64,000 nt of DNA from Barthelona sp. PCE (taxonomy: Eukaryota). The position numbers and the translations under genes are program-made. Location: NCBI GenBank assembly GCA_040285745.1, contig JAUFOR010000008.1, positions 744,001 to 808,000 of the forward strand. The letters run 5' to 3'. The notes beneath the pieces were generated by a model. It saw only the letters and a program-made list of their open reading frames with translations, was not told where the DNA came from and ran no database searches. Numbering within the stretch: the stretch's first letter is position 1; each line of letters starts with the position of its first letter. Positions 12,998 through 24,111 of this stretch are shown here, piece by piece.

Positions 12998-15118
12998 TTA
13001 CTCAAACATTTCTCCAAACATTTCATTAGTATCTTCAAAACCAATTCGATATATCTTGTGCATCAGATCACTCGCTATACGCTCTGTAATAACATTATCT
13101 TCATCTGAATAATCAGCGTGTTTTGATATGAAATCACGCATAAATCTGGCAGGTGTAGGTATAACTCCACATGCTCTACGCTCAATAAACCGAATGTAAA
13201 GCTCCAATCGCTCCTCTGTTTCTGGTTCCAACTCAAAATTGCTTAAAAAAGTGCGAACAATTGTGCTTAGACCAATAAAATGATCAGTACCACAAATTAT
13301 CTCACTGATACTCATCTCTCGGGTTCTGATCTGCTCCTCTGAAGATAATGAGGTATCAACATTGTGTACATCATCTCCTCTGATCTCTAACGGGAGCAAA
13401 TCAATAGATTTAACTGCTTCATCTAGTTTCGGGCACCCATCCTTCGCAATAAACCCGCTGTATGATTTTGTTGTCTCTGATAAATGCGCAATTGGCGGTG
13501 GTGTGACGGTTCCAACCATTGGCAACAGCTCTTCAGATCCGTTCGGGGTTAACATCAACTTTCGTTCAGCTTTATAACTCTGAATCTCAGCAAGACATAT
13601 ATCAATGTCGATTGGGAGCGCAGTACCAAAAGCAGTCACTCTGTTTGTAGCTCGGCCACACCTACCTCCCTTCAGAGGATTTGATCGGAAAACAAAGCGC
13701 TCATTAAGCACTGCATCAATGTTCTTTGCCCTTTCGATGTTTGAGTGAATATCCGACAGTTTTGTTAAGAACGAAATATCATAACACAGAATGCTTCTGA
13801 TCAGAAGATTAATAAAAATGCAGAAGGCCGAGTTCTCGAAATCGGTAAATTGAGGTTCCATCGGCCTGAACTCAACACGACATCCGGAGTCGTGACTGGC
13901 CGGTTTCCATCGCACATGCTGCCACGTTGTGCTCAAAAATGTTGCGAGATATTTAAAGCTCTCGTCGCTTGCAGCAAGTTGTTCGGGTGACTTACTTTCG
14001 TCAAAATCTGTTGAGTAGGCGGTCATGACTGGCTTGTCAAGACAAAACGCAATGTGTTTCGAAAGCAATGTATTGCATCCTGCATTTCGTAAAGTCTCGT
14101 AAACCTCTGTATCATAAGGAAACTCCACATCCTGAAGTCCATCACACTTCAAAAACGCTTCATTAATCCCGTATCGAGACCATGGTGCTCGACTTGTTGG
14201 AGTTCTGTCATCCACAGCCTCAGATATGTTATCAACGCGAACGTCGCTATCCACCAACTTTCCTAAGAAAAACGGAGACCCTGCGGTCAGTGCAAGAAAT
14301 ATAGGAACAAGAGCGAGTAGCTGATCATGAATAAAAAGACTTTCCTCAAGATCGCAGAACTGGAAGGTTACTTGCAGTCCACAGCATCCCATACCTAGGC
14401 CGAAAGCGTCGCCTACGACTGGGTTTCCGTTCACGGACGTTCTTTCGATGTGGAACCCACCACGTCTCTGCCTTACGTTTCTTGTAAGAGAATAGAACCT
14501 CGGATGGTCACTGATAACTCGATCACTCAAGCGAGTTGACTTTGAGTATGGTTCTCCCTCGCCCTTTGCGTTGAAAAATGGGTATGTGAAGGGAATTTTT
14601 GATCCCAAAGTAGGGAATATGGGCATTGTTAGAGGAGTGAATGTATATTTATGCAAATCAACATCAAAATCCAAATCTGGGTGACCGTTAAGTCTTTCAA
14701 TAAACTTCTCTTTGTTTGCTGTAAGAATTTCGTGCAAATACTGTCGCCTGTGCACTAGATTAAACTCCATCTGAGCAAGATCATCAATGCTAAAACCAAA
14801 AGGAACGCCTGGTTCGCCCTCAATCATAAACTTTGCGTATTCAGGACAGAAATCCCACCTCCTCTCTTGTTGATGCTCTAATAAATTAAGAATCTCATCG
14901 CTGAGGAGCAAAAGTAATGGTGGTAAACTTGCATCTTTTTCCGGTAACGCCATAATGTAATACTCTACCTCGTCTCCAAATATAAATGTATCAAGATTTC
15001 GCAATGTACTACATTCCAACGCTTCAATAGCTTGGTATGTTGCAATTTCCTTCATTAAAGAATACTTTTTGTCCAGCTCTTCCAATGTCAGTGGTTCTCC
15101 CTTCGACAATAGACCCAT
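12998..15118 (-). CDS. GCLC: Glutamate-cysteine ligase catalytic subunit
   Basis: MGLLSKG start, FGDEVEY, PEYAKFMIE, HPRF..LT.N.R.RRG, GMGCCGLQVTFQ and RVEFRPME.Q.TDFEN motifs. Confidence 0.93.
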   Translation of the reverse strand: MGLLSKGEPLTLEELDKKYSLMKEIATYQAIEALECSTLRNLDTFIFGDEVEYYIMALPEKDASLPPLLLLLSDEILNLLEHQQERRWDFCPEYAKFMIEGEPGVPFGFSIDDLAQMEFNLVHRRQYLHEILTANKEKFIERLNGHPDLDFDVDLHKYTFTPLTMPIFPTLGSKIPFTYPFFNAKGEGEPYSKSTRLSDRVISDHPRFYSLTRNVRQRRGGFHIERTSVNGNPVVGDAFGLGMGCCGLQVTFQFCDLEESLFIHDQLLALVPIFLALTAGSPFFLGKLVDSDVRVDNISEAVDDRTPTSRAPWSRYGINEAFLKCDGLQDVEFPYDTEVYETLRNAGCNTLLSKHIAFCLDKPVMTAYSTDFDESKSPEQLAASDESFKYLATFLSTTWQHVRWKPASHDSGCRVEFRPMEPQFTDFENSAFCIFINLLIRSILCYDISFLTKLSDIHSNIERAKNIDAVLNERFVFRSNPLKGGRCGRATNRVTAFGTALPIDIDICLAEIQSYKAERKLMLTPNGSEELLPMVGTVTPPPIAHLSETTKSYSGFIAKDGCPKLDEAVKSIDLLPLEIRGDDVHNVDTSLSSEEQIRTREMSISEIICGTDHFIGLSTIVRTFLSNFELEPETEERLELYIRFIERRACGVIPTPARFMRDFISKHADYSDEDNVITERIASDLMHKIYRIGFEDTNEMFGEMFE

Positions 15119-15383
15119 GGTATGATGCGAATAAAGTGTGGAAAAAAGAAAACATGAGCAATTTTTCAATTCATTGCTCAATCAATTAGGGTATATAGTT
15201 AATTTACCGGTTTTGGTTCGTGCACGTTGTTAGCATGAAAACCATCACAGTTTACAAAAAAATATCACATTAAAATTAAATATTCCAAATCTTTATCCAG
15301 TTTCACAACATATTAGAATTCCCTTCCAACGTATTTAAGTCCTACTGCTTCATTTAAATAAGTTTTCTCTCAATTCTACCCCT

Positions 15384-16322
15384 CTAACGAAATGCTACAG
15401 GTTTTTTTTCTTTTTGAGAATGATATGGCTTCATCTGACTCAAACGTATCTCTCGCTTCTTTGTCTCGTTTTCTGCCATGAGCTGGCTGGCCTTTTGATC
15501 GAGCTGATCATCATAGTGTCTATTTATCGAAACAATATCACTATCATACCGCCGTTTGATATAAATAGATCTTTCCTCAAGAGATGTCTTTTGCAACAGC
15601 AAATCCTTAACAGTTCTCTCTATCTCGGAGACGCGAGTATCTATCGCAACCGCCTCTGCATCAAAGTCCATCTGCACACGCGTCAACTCGTCCACCTTCT
15701 CCTCTTCCAGTTGATCCTGTAATTGTGCCAATCTCTGTTCTAGCAATCCATCCATGGCCTCCAGAGACTGCGCAAGCTCCACTTTCTTCTTAAACAGCTC
15801 AACCTCCTGCTCTTTGTACATTAGCTCTGCTTGTTTCTTTTGTAGTTCTCTCTCTAGGTCATTTGTGGGTTGGTCGATGACAAGCAGCCGATCATCAAGC
15901 CCGCTAGACCCCAACATACCTGCAGGAAAATCATACTGTGGACGTGTGGGTGTAACATATGCAGGTGTGGGTGTAATCTTCTGGCGTTTAGGTTTTGTCC
16001 TCTGTGGTGACTTAACGGGTGACTTCTTGCCCCTCCTTCGAACTTTCTTACGCTTTTTGGGTACAATCTTCTGCACTACTTGTTGCGCTTCTTCTTCCTT
16101 CTTTTGCATCTCAAGCATTGCCCTTTCTAACGATTTGTTCGCCTGTATGATTTCATTTGACTTGTTTGAATGAAGAGAAAGCATGGAGCTTTCAACTATT
16201 GAATCCCAACCCCTAATTGAGTCATCATCATCCTTCTTACTGTGTAATTCAGTTTGGTTCCGTGGGGCCCAAGGATTATTCATCGATAGAATTGCACAAA
16301 TAGTGAAGAAATCAGTAAACAT
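15384..16322 (-). CDS. Coiled-coil protein with basic patch, unknown function
   Basis: 312-aa ORF filling the intergenic space; E/Q/K-rich helices. The start may instead be 16283. Confidence 0.65.
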   Translation of the reverse strand: MFTDFFTICAILSMNNPWAPRNQTELHSKKDDDDSIRGWDSIVESSMLSLHSNKSNEIIQANKSLERAMLEMQKKEEEAQQVVQKIVPKKRKKVRRRGKKSPVKSPQRTKPKRQKITPTPAYVTPTRPQYDFPAGMLGSSGLDDRLLVIDQPTNDLERELQKKQAELMYKEQEVELFKKKVELAQSLEAMDGLLEQRLAQLQDQLEEEKVDELTRVQMDFDAEAVAIDTRVSEIERTVKDLLLQKTSLEERSIYIKRRYDSDIVSINRHYDDQLDQKASQLMAENETKKREIRLSQMKPYHSQKEKKPVAFR

Positions 16323-16390
16323 CTGCCAATCATCTGAACCTATTTTTTAATGCCCAAATGGGGTTCAAACATCACAGGATCCATATAAAG

Positions 16391-16777
16391 TTAACCTTTT
16401 ATTTTAAAAAACAATGAAGAACAAATCAGGGTAAAATTTATAAGCGATTTAAAGCTGTATATTTCCACTTCAAAGCTTGCAAAGAGGAAAAGAGTGAGCT
16501 GTAAGATGGCAAGAAATCTTCTGCTGTGTATGAACTTGGGCTTACTTATCTGTTCCCACCATGTCTTATTGCTCCAATCGAACGGATCCCCTTTAATGAA
16601 GTGGAGAAAAAGAGTACTTATGACACCATAAAGAATATGAATGATGAGCCAGGCCGGTGTAACGCGAAAAATCATAAAACAAACTCTGCAAAAGAGCAGT
16701 GATATGACAAGAGCACACCAGAACGTATATGTACGAGCAAAGCTAATATTGGGACTGTCCAGAAGCTGTGGTGTCAT
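16391..16777 (-). CDS. ORMDL: ORMDL/Orm family membrane protein
   Basis: LHFIKGDPFD and TWWEQI…SRRFL motifs with hydrophobic segments; first ATG at 16777. Confidence 0.8.
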   Translation of the reverse strand: MTPQLLDSPNISFARTYTFWCALVISLLFCRVCFMIFRVTPAWLIIHILYGVISTLFLHFIKGDPFDWSNKTWWEQISKPKFIHSRRFLAILQLTLFLFASFEVEIYSFKSLINFTLICSSLFFKIKG

Positions 16778-16787
16778 TAAAAAATAG

Positions 16788-17300
16788 TTACAGAAGGCGT
16801 TTGTGCACTGATTCAATTTTGGAAAGAGTTCGTACCTCCAAATCCTCCCAAAACTCGCTAATCCGACCATGCCAGAGCCTTCCGAGCTCTATGAACTGCT
16901 CCTTTAGCTCAGAAACATCTGCTTTAGGATCAGTATTCCAAATATCTTTTAAAGAAATACTCTCGTTGCTACAAAAATCCTTTTTGTTTTTCATGAGTGG
17001 CACTGTCGCAATGTCATCACCTGTTTCACCAGTTATATTGACAATTGAAGGTAATCTGACGCTAAGCCGGGTAAGATTTATGGGTTGCGCAAATCGCTTA
17101 AGCACCTCATATGTATTTGTACATGTGTCAAAACTACCTTTAACGAACATGCGTCCCCCAATTTTAAACGTTTCTGCATGAGATCCATTTTCCTGATCAC
17201 AAATCGGCTTGTGAAGATCATTGCACACCCCAGCATTGGAAAACGGTTTGTTTATATCTGCTCTCAGCTTACGAAAGCATTCATCAATCCTTGACCCCAT
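16788..17300 (-). CDS. Hypothetical protein
   Basis: 170-aa ATG-initiated ORF that tiles exactly between its neighbours; no motif recognised. Confidence 0.55.
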   Translation of the reverse strand: MGSRIDECFRKLRADINKPFSNAGVCNDLHKPICDQENGSHAETFKIGGRMFVKGSFDTCTNTYEVLKRFAQPINLTRLSVRLPSIVNITGETGDDIATVPLMKNKKDFCSNESISLKDIWNTDPKADVSELKEQFIELGRLWHGRISEFWEDLEVRTLSKIESVHKRLL

Positions 17301-17476
17301 ATATATGCTATAAAAAGGGAATATAAAAGATAACCCTGCTTTTCACGTTGTCAACCTGCATGTGAAAGTTATATGGACGGAAAAGGTCAGATAGAGATTA
17401 TAGACGACGAAAAGTATTAACATTGCATGTTAATACTTTTCTTTTCCATTTCACTATTTAAGGACTTTTTCTTATA

Positions 17477-18077
17477 ATGGGAGGCTGGCTATCACGAGTT
17501 CTTGCGTCATTTCGTAAACTAGATGCAAGAATAACAATGCTTGGTCTTGATAACAGCGGTTTGTTACAGGTTTTACGTTTTTTTACAGTCAAACTAACAC
17601 TTAGGGAAGACAACCATTCTTTACAACCTAAAACTTAATCAATCACTAATGACAGTACCAACTGTGGGATTTCACGTTGAAGATATCAACTTCGGCAAGC
17701 TGAGAATGAATGTGTGGGATGTTTGTGGACAAAGTGGCTTGAGACGGCTGTGGAAGCACTATTATGCTGATGCTGATGCAGTAATATTTGTTATCGATTC
17801 AGCTGATATATACAGACTTAAAGCTTTGGAGAAAGGCAGTGTGTTCGATGTCATGCACGAAGTTATGGCAGACGAAACACTTAAAGATGCTGTTTTACTG
17901 ATTTTCGCAAACAAACAAGATATGGATGAGGCAAAACGGGCAAATGAACTTATTGAATTGCTTGAATTGGACAGGATCCAGCAGCAATGGTTCATACAGG
18001 AATCATGTGGTACAAACGGTGAAGGACTGGCTGAAGGACTTCATTGGTTGGAGCAGACCCTCACGCAATCTCGCTAG
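17477..18077 (+). CDS. ARF/ARL family small GTPase (two exons)
   Basis: MG start; GLDNSG/KTT P-loop restored by splicing 17559-17604; PTVGF, WDVCGQ and ANKQD motifs. Confidence 0.93.
17559..17604 (+). other. 46-nt spliceosomal intron in the ARF P-loop
   Basis: GTTTGT…ACTAACACTTAG; removal yields GLDNSGKTTILY in frame. Confidence 0.9.
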
Positions 18078-18083
18078 TTTTTA

Positions 18084-19019
18084 TTATAACCCACCTCTCT
18101 CGCTCTTCTGTAAAGGTCGTTTGATATCATCCAGACGCTTTGAAAGGATATTTAAAGCCTGTTTAAGGATTAGAATAGGAGACAGTTGACCTACACTCTC
18201 AAGATCGAAAACATAAATGGAATGTTCACCGCTTTTGACCTCACCGACCTCAATGGCCTGCATGAAATTAATGTTGCTCATATACTCCATACAATCACCG
18301 CAATAAACACAAGAATCTGCGTTTCTCACCTCGATACGCTTTGCACGATCATTATAGTCAAAAACTCTTGCGCAACAGCTGTTCGAAAGACCTCTGCGCT
18401 GTTCCTCCGACATGTCCTGAAGATATTCTTCATTTAATGTAACTGAAGGCATTGCCTTAAACACTGCCTTTGATACTGGAGACCATTTGGCGTGCCACTC
18501 GCCCCGTCCCTTCCTGATTGTTGCTCGGAAATGCAGGCTTTGACCAGGAGCGAGCTTAACAATAGGAGTCTTCGGGTCTACCGCCTCAACCCTAATGAAT
18601 TCATTCTCAACGAACTGCAGGTCGTTTGCTGTAATTACCCTTGTCGTAGACTGTGTGATATTCATTGATGCCTCATCGTGAGTGACATCAAGCGTAAGAG
18701 AAGGAGCACATCGTTCGCATGAACTCGCACATGTACAGTGTGGAGCATAAACCAGAGCATCAATGCCCTCCATACCATCCTGGTTCTTTGAAAACAGTTT
18801 AAAAGGAATGAGACCCAATCTTTGTGCAATAAACTCTGCTGAGAGACAGCTTGTGTTGTCATAGAACTCTACTTCTTCGATTGCTGCGGTGGGAACGTCA
18901 GACATACAGATTCTACGTAAGGAATTCACTAAAGCTAATGAACAATTGAATAGCTTCAAGGATAAGTTATTTCCATTCCATTCCAAGAGCTCGATTCGGG
19001 GCTCCAAACGTGTGTTCAT
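18084..19019 (-). CDS. RPB3: RNA polymerase II subunit RPB3
   Basis: NSLRR…VPT.AI, NTS.L..EFIA.RLGLIP, CxC..CxxC zinc loop, IVKL..GQ, HAKWSP and ESVG motifs. Confidence 0.9.
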   Translation of the reverse strand: MNTRLEPRIELLEWNGNNLSLKLFNCSLALVNSLRRICMSDVPTAAIEEVEFYDNTSCLSAEFIAQRLGLIPFKLFSKNQDGMEGIDALVYAPHCTCASSCERCAPSLTLDVTHDEASMNITQSTTRVITANDLQFVENEFIRVEAVDPKTPIVKLAPGQSLHFRATIRKGRGEWHAKWSPVSKAVFKAMPSVTLNEEYLQDMSEEQRRGLSNSCCARVFDYNDRAKRIEVRNADSCVYCGDCMEYMSNINFMQAIEVGEVKSGEHSIYVFDLESVGQLSPILILKQALNILSKRLDDIKRPLQKSERGGL

Positions 19020-19083
19020 GAAAAAATCTCACAAAAGAAATGATAAATAAAAATACAAAAGTTTATTGAAAATAGATATCCCA

Positions 19084-20208
19084 TTACAATGGATATGGTG
19101 AAACAGGGATACGAGCTACGCCCCTGTACAAATCTCTAGAAGAATAATGCTTGTAAATTACACTGAGCTTATCATTAGGCATGTCTGCCCACAACTCCCA
19201 CAATATTTTAATTACTGGTTTCAATTTCTCAAGAGTGTAAGTAGTATAGTGCCGAAGATCGTGTGTCCAAACACTGTCAACGTCCTCGGTTGGATTCAAA
19301 TTATACTTAGCCAAGAACACGCATGAAGCGGCGCGCTTTGAGGGAGGGAAGGCAAGCAATTCATTGCTCAACAGAGTGAGTTCCAATAAATAGTATGCAA
19401 GCAAAAACATAGTCGAAGATCCATGTGCAGCACGACAAAATCGACGGATGAAGCTCTTGGCCGTTGGGACATGTAATGTAAACTCAAGAGTGTTTAGAAC
19501 AAGACGTTCCATCTCCAAAAATTCCTGCTTTGAATAAGTTTCAGCGCAAACAAAGATAAAATCAGATAGTGTCAACGCATCCACTTCTTCAAGTTTAGAA
19601 GCAATGAAGAGGCACGTGGCACCCAACAACTGTAAGCGTTCCCTAAAAACTGGGCGCTTTGACAGAACACGATCCAAAAACGAAACAGCCAAAAAAAGGG
19701 TGTCGTTTGTACACTGGTACTCGGATGTAACCTCTGCAAGCCATTCAACCAAGACGGAACGCATCCATGGTTTGATATCCAACTGAACAGTTGTGAACAA
19801 CTCAGGGTTTGGAGCCATATCCTGTTCACGTTCCTTCAAGTATGCAAAAATCTCACGTGCATAGGTTGAAACAAAGCGTTGATGATCAACATTAACAACA
19901 CATAGATCCAGATCGAATAATGGAGTTTCTGGAATAACCGCAAAGCTATGCGTTTGACAGCGATTGATTATATCTTCATACAATGACTGATTTTGAGAAA
20001 AAGACTGAGAAACAGATTGAGAACTTGGTTCTACACACTAAACATTAGTACTGCAATAATGAGCGTAATAACATACTTGGTGCTGTGAGGATAGGCCTGA
20101 TTTACCATCGTCAACCGCTCTTCGGCTGCGACTTGTCCTTGTTCCAACATAATTGGAGAAAGTAGTGGATTCTTCACTTTCCGATGCTGATTCGATGTCT
20201 GTTGGCAT
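19084..20208 (-). CDS. A/B-type cyclin (two exons)
   Basis: Cyclin box MRSVLVEWL…TLFLAV..LDR…LQLLGATCLFIASKLEE. The upstream exon (MPTDIES…, 20077-20208) joins in frame via intron 20038-20076. Confidence 0.9.
20038..20076 (-). other. 39-nt spliceosomal intron in cyclin
   Basis: GTATGT…ACTAATGTTTAG; removal deletes an in-frame TAG and joins the two ORFs. Confidence 0.85.
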
Positions 20209-20378
20209 GACGTACAAAGTCAAGATGCTCAACTATAAACGAAAGACTAGGGAAAGTAGATTTCAGGGAAGAATCATTTCAAAACATAGTATAGCTTATT
20301 AAATATGACAGGTAACCTTTTTATGCTCTTCCATACTTGATATGTTGTTCAAAAATCTGTGAAAAAATCACTGTGTTT

Positions 20379-22820
20379 TTATTCATAATTTGTAGATAAT
20401 TCGCAGTATAAACATCTATCAAAACACTTAGCGTGGTATACTGTTCCGCATCTAGCACACTTAACAATGCGCTCAAAGTCAAAAGCAAACAGAATCTCGT
20501 TTTTATGACAAGTAGGGCAGAATCGACCCTGAACTTTGCAATTCTCACAAGTGTTAATATGGTAATTAAGCCTCTCATACATATGGTCGATCTGACTGAC
20601 TAAACCATCTTCTTCAAAGTGCAGAGCAAGTTCAGACAGGCTAAAACAATATGGCTTCCTGAACCATTCAATTCGATCACCAAACTCACTCAGAACACCT
20701 GCTCTGCTTGGACAAACGCTGAGAATGCGATTCATAATCGAGAGCTTGGTCTTTTTAGTAACAAGTGGCATCAAACTATCCTTAACAGCCCAATCACGAC
20801 AATCAACGTCACAAAGGTAATATGCTGCATCTATGTCGACTGCTGCTGCATGACACACGGGCAACCGCTTGCACATTCCTTTCATCAAAAGATAAAACGG
20901 AATTGGTCGCGTCTCCTCACCATGTCCTTGACAGTAACAGTCACGACAAAAGTAGGAACAGTACTGATAACAAAACCGAGCACTGCTGAAAACACCGTGT
21001 GTTATTGATGAACCACAACCCTCGCACTCTGTGGATTTAACTCCAATGACTTGGTACGGGTTGCGCAATTCAAGGACGCTATATGACGGTGGCCTGAATG
21101 ATGGTGTGGGTGCCCTGTCATCAAGGAGTGGAATCTCAAGTGTTTGAGCGATAGCATCATGCAGCTCTTCAATTGGTATTGGTATTTTCTCCTTTTCTAC
21201 AATTTCACAGTCAGGTTCCCCCTCTTCCTCTTGCAAATGTTCCTCCTCCTTTTCTTCTATAATGTGAGGTGATGTATTGGGAGATTCCCTAACGTTCTCT
21301 TTGCTCGCACTTCGAATCAGATCGCTCAGTCCACTCGCTGCGGTACGCTTGACAGGAGTCATACGGACAACAGGTGACTCGACAACGCTGGAACTTCTTG
21401 ACTTCGATTCGCGGATGATCGTTGCTTTTTCTGTGTAACTCGGTTTGACTTGCACTGTTGTTGTAATGGGAGAAATAATGGGAGAAACTGACATCTCTTC
21501 GTGGTCAGAAGGATAGTTAAACTCATCGTTAGCAGCGGAAGCGACCGTGTTCAAAGTTAACGTGTCTGTTGTCATCTCATCAATTCTCTTACGTGGCAGA
21601 CCCACCTCACTGTCTGACTCAGCGCAAAACTCGGACAGTTGCACTAAAAAATCTCTCTCAGGCTTATGATCTGTCTCTTCTGGATCTGATACTACCTTAT
21701 CAAGCTGTGATACTTCACTTTCAACCACTATTTCAACATCATCTACTTCCTTTTCTACTTCAACATTATCATGTATCTCCACTTCTTTGTCCTCACAAAG
21801 GTTCCTTTCAATGCTTCCATCAGACTCTCTCGCAGGTATGCCAGATTCAATTACAAACGAGTCAACATGTGCATCCAACACGGCTCCTTGTCTCAAAAAC
21901 TCTGTGGATGTCATAGGAGTCATGTTTGGCGAAGGAGAAGCTGTTAAAGCGTTACTGACATTCATCATTGTCGATCTTTCCAACGTGTTCTCTGGAATTG
22001 CTTCACATTCGTAGTCTGAAAGCACAAACTGCTCGTCTTCGATGTTAGATGCAACGCTTAACACGTCACTGCTCTCCATATTGTCATCAGTCAACTCGGC
22101 TGATTGTTGTACTTGTGGACTAGGCAACGTCGATCCGAACGCAAGAGAAACTGCATTTGCGTATCCTATACTGAGTACTGGAACACTACTCAGCTCACTG
22201 GGTTGCCTATCAAGCTGTTTAGTAACAATAGTACGAATGGCACCAAATCCTTCGATATCATCGTCTTCTTGATCGACTATATGTGGTAGGATCAGAGGAA
22301 GGTCGTATACGTCTATCTCTCTGTGTAAAGAGTCTTTAACCATGGATAAATCAAAAGTGAGCTCACCCAAAAGCGCTAACAATGCTTGAAAGGCACTAAC
22401 AAAACTCGAGCTCAATAAGAGCGACTCTCTGGCATAAAACTTCTTAAAATCGACATTCATATGCAACTGATAAAAGTAAATCTCGAAAAAGCTGTTGTTC
22501 AAAACAAGCCTAATAAATGATCTTCCTCTTGCTTGATCGTCACGCAGCGTTCTGATGCAGTCAACTGTGTCAAAGTCCATGGAAGACTTCTCATCAATAA
22601 CGAGTAACTGTTTAAAAAACTCATATGCACTACTCTTCTTGACAGAGCCAAAAAATGTTGTTCTACGCTGTAGCCGTCTCCCAAACAAATAGTCTAGCAG
22701 TGCAAGCAACTCCTTACAACCAGAAGTTCGCTCTGTGATAGTTTCCGATGAATGTTGCTGCAAAACCCCTAAAATCTCGGTAAATACTTGAAGGAACTTG
22801 TCCTCATTCCAAGTATCCAT
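20379..22820 (-). CDS. RUN domain plus Rubicon-homology zinc domain protein (PLEKHM1/Rubicon-like)
   Basis: RGRSFIRLVLN RUN motif; C-terminal CEGC…RFC.Y..YFC..C…IP…HI..C..C…G..C..C…C..C..VYH..C pattern. Confidence 0.8.
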   Translation of the reverse strand: MDTWNEDKFLQVFTEILGVLQQHSSETITERTSGCKELLALLDYLFGRRLQRRTTFFGSVKKSSAYEFFKQLLVIDEKSSMDFDTVDCIRTLRDDQARGRSFIRLVLNNSFFEIYFYQLHMNVDFKKFYARESLLLSSSFVSAFQALLALLGELTFDLSMVKDSLHREIDVYDLPLILPHIVDQEDDDIEGFGAIRTIVTKQLDRQPSELSSVPVLSIGYANAVSLAFGSTLPSPQVQQSAELTDDNMESSDVLSVASNIEDEQFVLSDYECEAIPENTLERSTMMNVSNALTASPSPNMTPMTSTEFLRQGAVLDAHVDSFVIESGIPARESDGSIERNLCEDKEVEIHDNVEVEKEVDDVEIVVESEVSQLDKVVSDPEETDHKPERDFLVQLSEFCAESDSEVGLPRKRIDEMTTDTLTLNTVASAANDEFNYPSDHEEMSVSPIISPITTTVQVKPSYTEKATIIRESKSRSSSVVESPVVRMTPVKRTAASGLSDLIRSASKENVRESPNTSPHIIEEKEEEHLQEEEGEPDCEIVEKEKIPIPIEELHDAIAQTLEIPLLDDRAPTPSFRPPSYSVLELRNPYQVIGVKSTECEGCGSSITHGVFSSARFCYQYCSYFCRDCYCQGHGEETRPIPFYLLMKGMCKRLPVCHAAAVDIDAAYYLCDVDCRDWAVKDSLMPLVTKKTKLSIMNRILSVCPSRAGVLSEFGDRIEWFRKPYCFSLSELALHFEEDGLVSQIDHMYERLNYHINTCENCKVQGRFCPTCHKNEILFAFDFERIVKCARCGTVYHAKCFDRCLYCELSTNYE

Positions 22821-23025
22821 TACTGGCTGGACTTACAAGATTTTTGAATGAAAAACTGAAAAGGGAGAGAAAATTAATTATGAAAAAACAATACATAGTA
22901 TGAAATTCGCATTACATTCACAACAAAAAATGCTTTAATATCCATAGGAAATACTGTTAATCGTTCCAAATTAATGATAACATTACCTATTTGCATGTTT
23001 TTTTTTTTTACAGCCATTTCACATT

Positions 23026-24111
23026 ATGCCTGCGAAGTTACTGGTACTTCCTGGTCTCCCTACTGCTAGACCTCGAGCGGATCAAATTAAAAATGCAATA
23101 GGAGAATTACACGATGTTTTTTTTCTTCCACTACCAAATCTTGCTAAAACCACACTTAATAAGCTCCTTGCTATTGTAGATAGTCTCGAAAAGTCAGACA
23201 TGGCATTTAGATCATTATCACATCGAATGGAAAAGCATTTATATGATGTGTATCAGCGCAGAGGCAGCAAATTGCTTCCAATTAATTTAGGACAAACTAT
23301 GCTCCGTGAATTGCAGCAGTCAGTTATCAGCAATAACCCCCATATTCAACATTTTCCCACAACTGAATTTTGTCAGAGCGCTCTTGAAGCTCTCCATCGC
23401 GAATTTACGCAGATAGATAGCACGTTCCGTGATAGTCAGTCAGAATTACAGAGCCAACAAGCATCGTGCACAACTTTAAAGCGTCAGCTTGAAGGTAATC
23501 TACTCTTTAGGAGTTTATATGATTATATGGAGCCAGATGACGTTGTAGAAAGTGAATTCTTGACCACAAAGATGGTGGTCGTATCATTATCTCAAGAAGA
23601 AGAATTTCTTGCAACCTACTCAACAGGACTTGAGTGGATTGTTCCAGATAGCGCTAAAGAGGTGACACGCGACAAGAGTTCTGTTGTTTTCCGTGTTGTT
23701 CTCTTCAAAAAAATCGAAAAAGAGTTCGGAATCCACTTCCAACGTCTTGGTCATCGTGTACGAAATACAGAGAAGTCAAGCATTCGTGACACACATGATA
23801 AACTCGTTGAGGAGTGTGAATCTCTCCAAAAGGAGTTTGATGAGTACTGTTCAACCACATATCCTTACCTTCTCCGTTTGTGGATGAATCTTATGCTTCT
23901 TAGAGGATGGGTTGAGGGGCAGTGTCGCTTCGAACAAACAGAAGATTCAGTGCCCTTGTGTGTTATCTATATCATGAACGAGTCCAAATATGACGGAAAG
24001 GTTGTCAAAGCTCTTGAAGAGTACTTAAGCAATGAATTTGCAACCGAGCATATGGAGAGTGTTTTCGACAATGTTGTGTATTTTTCTTTCGATATGTATG
24101 GTGGAGAATAA
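23026..24111 (+). CDS. VMA5: V-type ATPase subunit C (divergent)
   Basis: GNLLFRSL…ESEFLTT..VVV…IVPDSA…VVLFKK motifs; W..L..LR..VE…RF near the C-terminus. Confidence 0.8.
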   Translation: MPAKLLVLPGLPTARPRADQIKNAIGELHDVFFLPLPNLAKTTLNKLLAIVDSLEKSDMAFRSLSHRMEKHLYDVYQRRGSKLLPINLGQTMLRELQQSVISNNPHIQHFPTTEFCQSALEALHREFTQIDSTFRDSQSELQSQQASCTTLKRQLEGNLLFRSLYDYMEPDDVVESEFLTTKMVVVSLSQEEEFLATYSTGLEWIVPDSAKEVTRDKSSVVFRVVLFKKIEKEFGIHFQRLGHRVRNTEKSSIRDTHDKLVEECESLQKEFDEYCSTTYPYLLRLWMNLMLLRGWVEGQCRFEQTEDSVPLCVIYIMNESKYDGKVVKALEEYLSNEFATEHMESVFDNVVYFSFDMYGGE

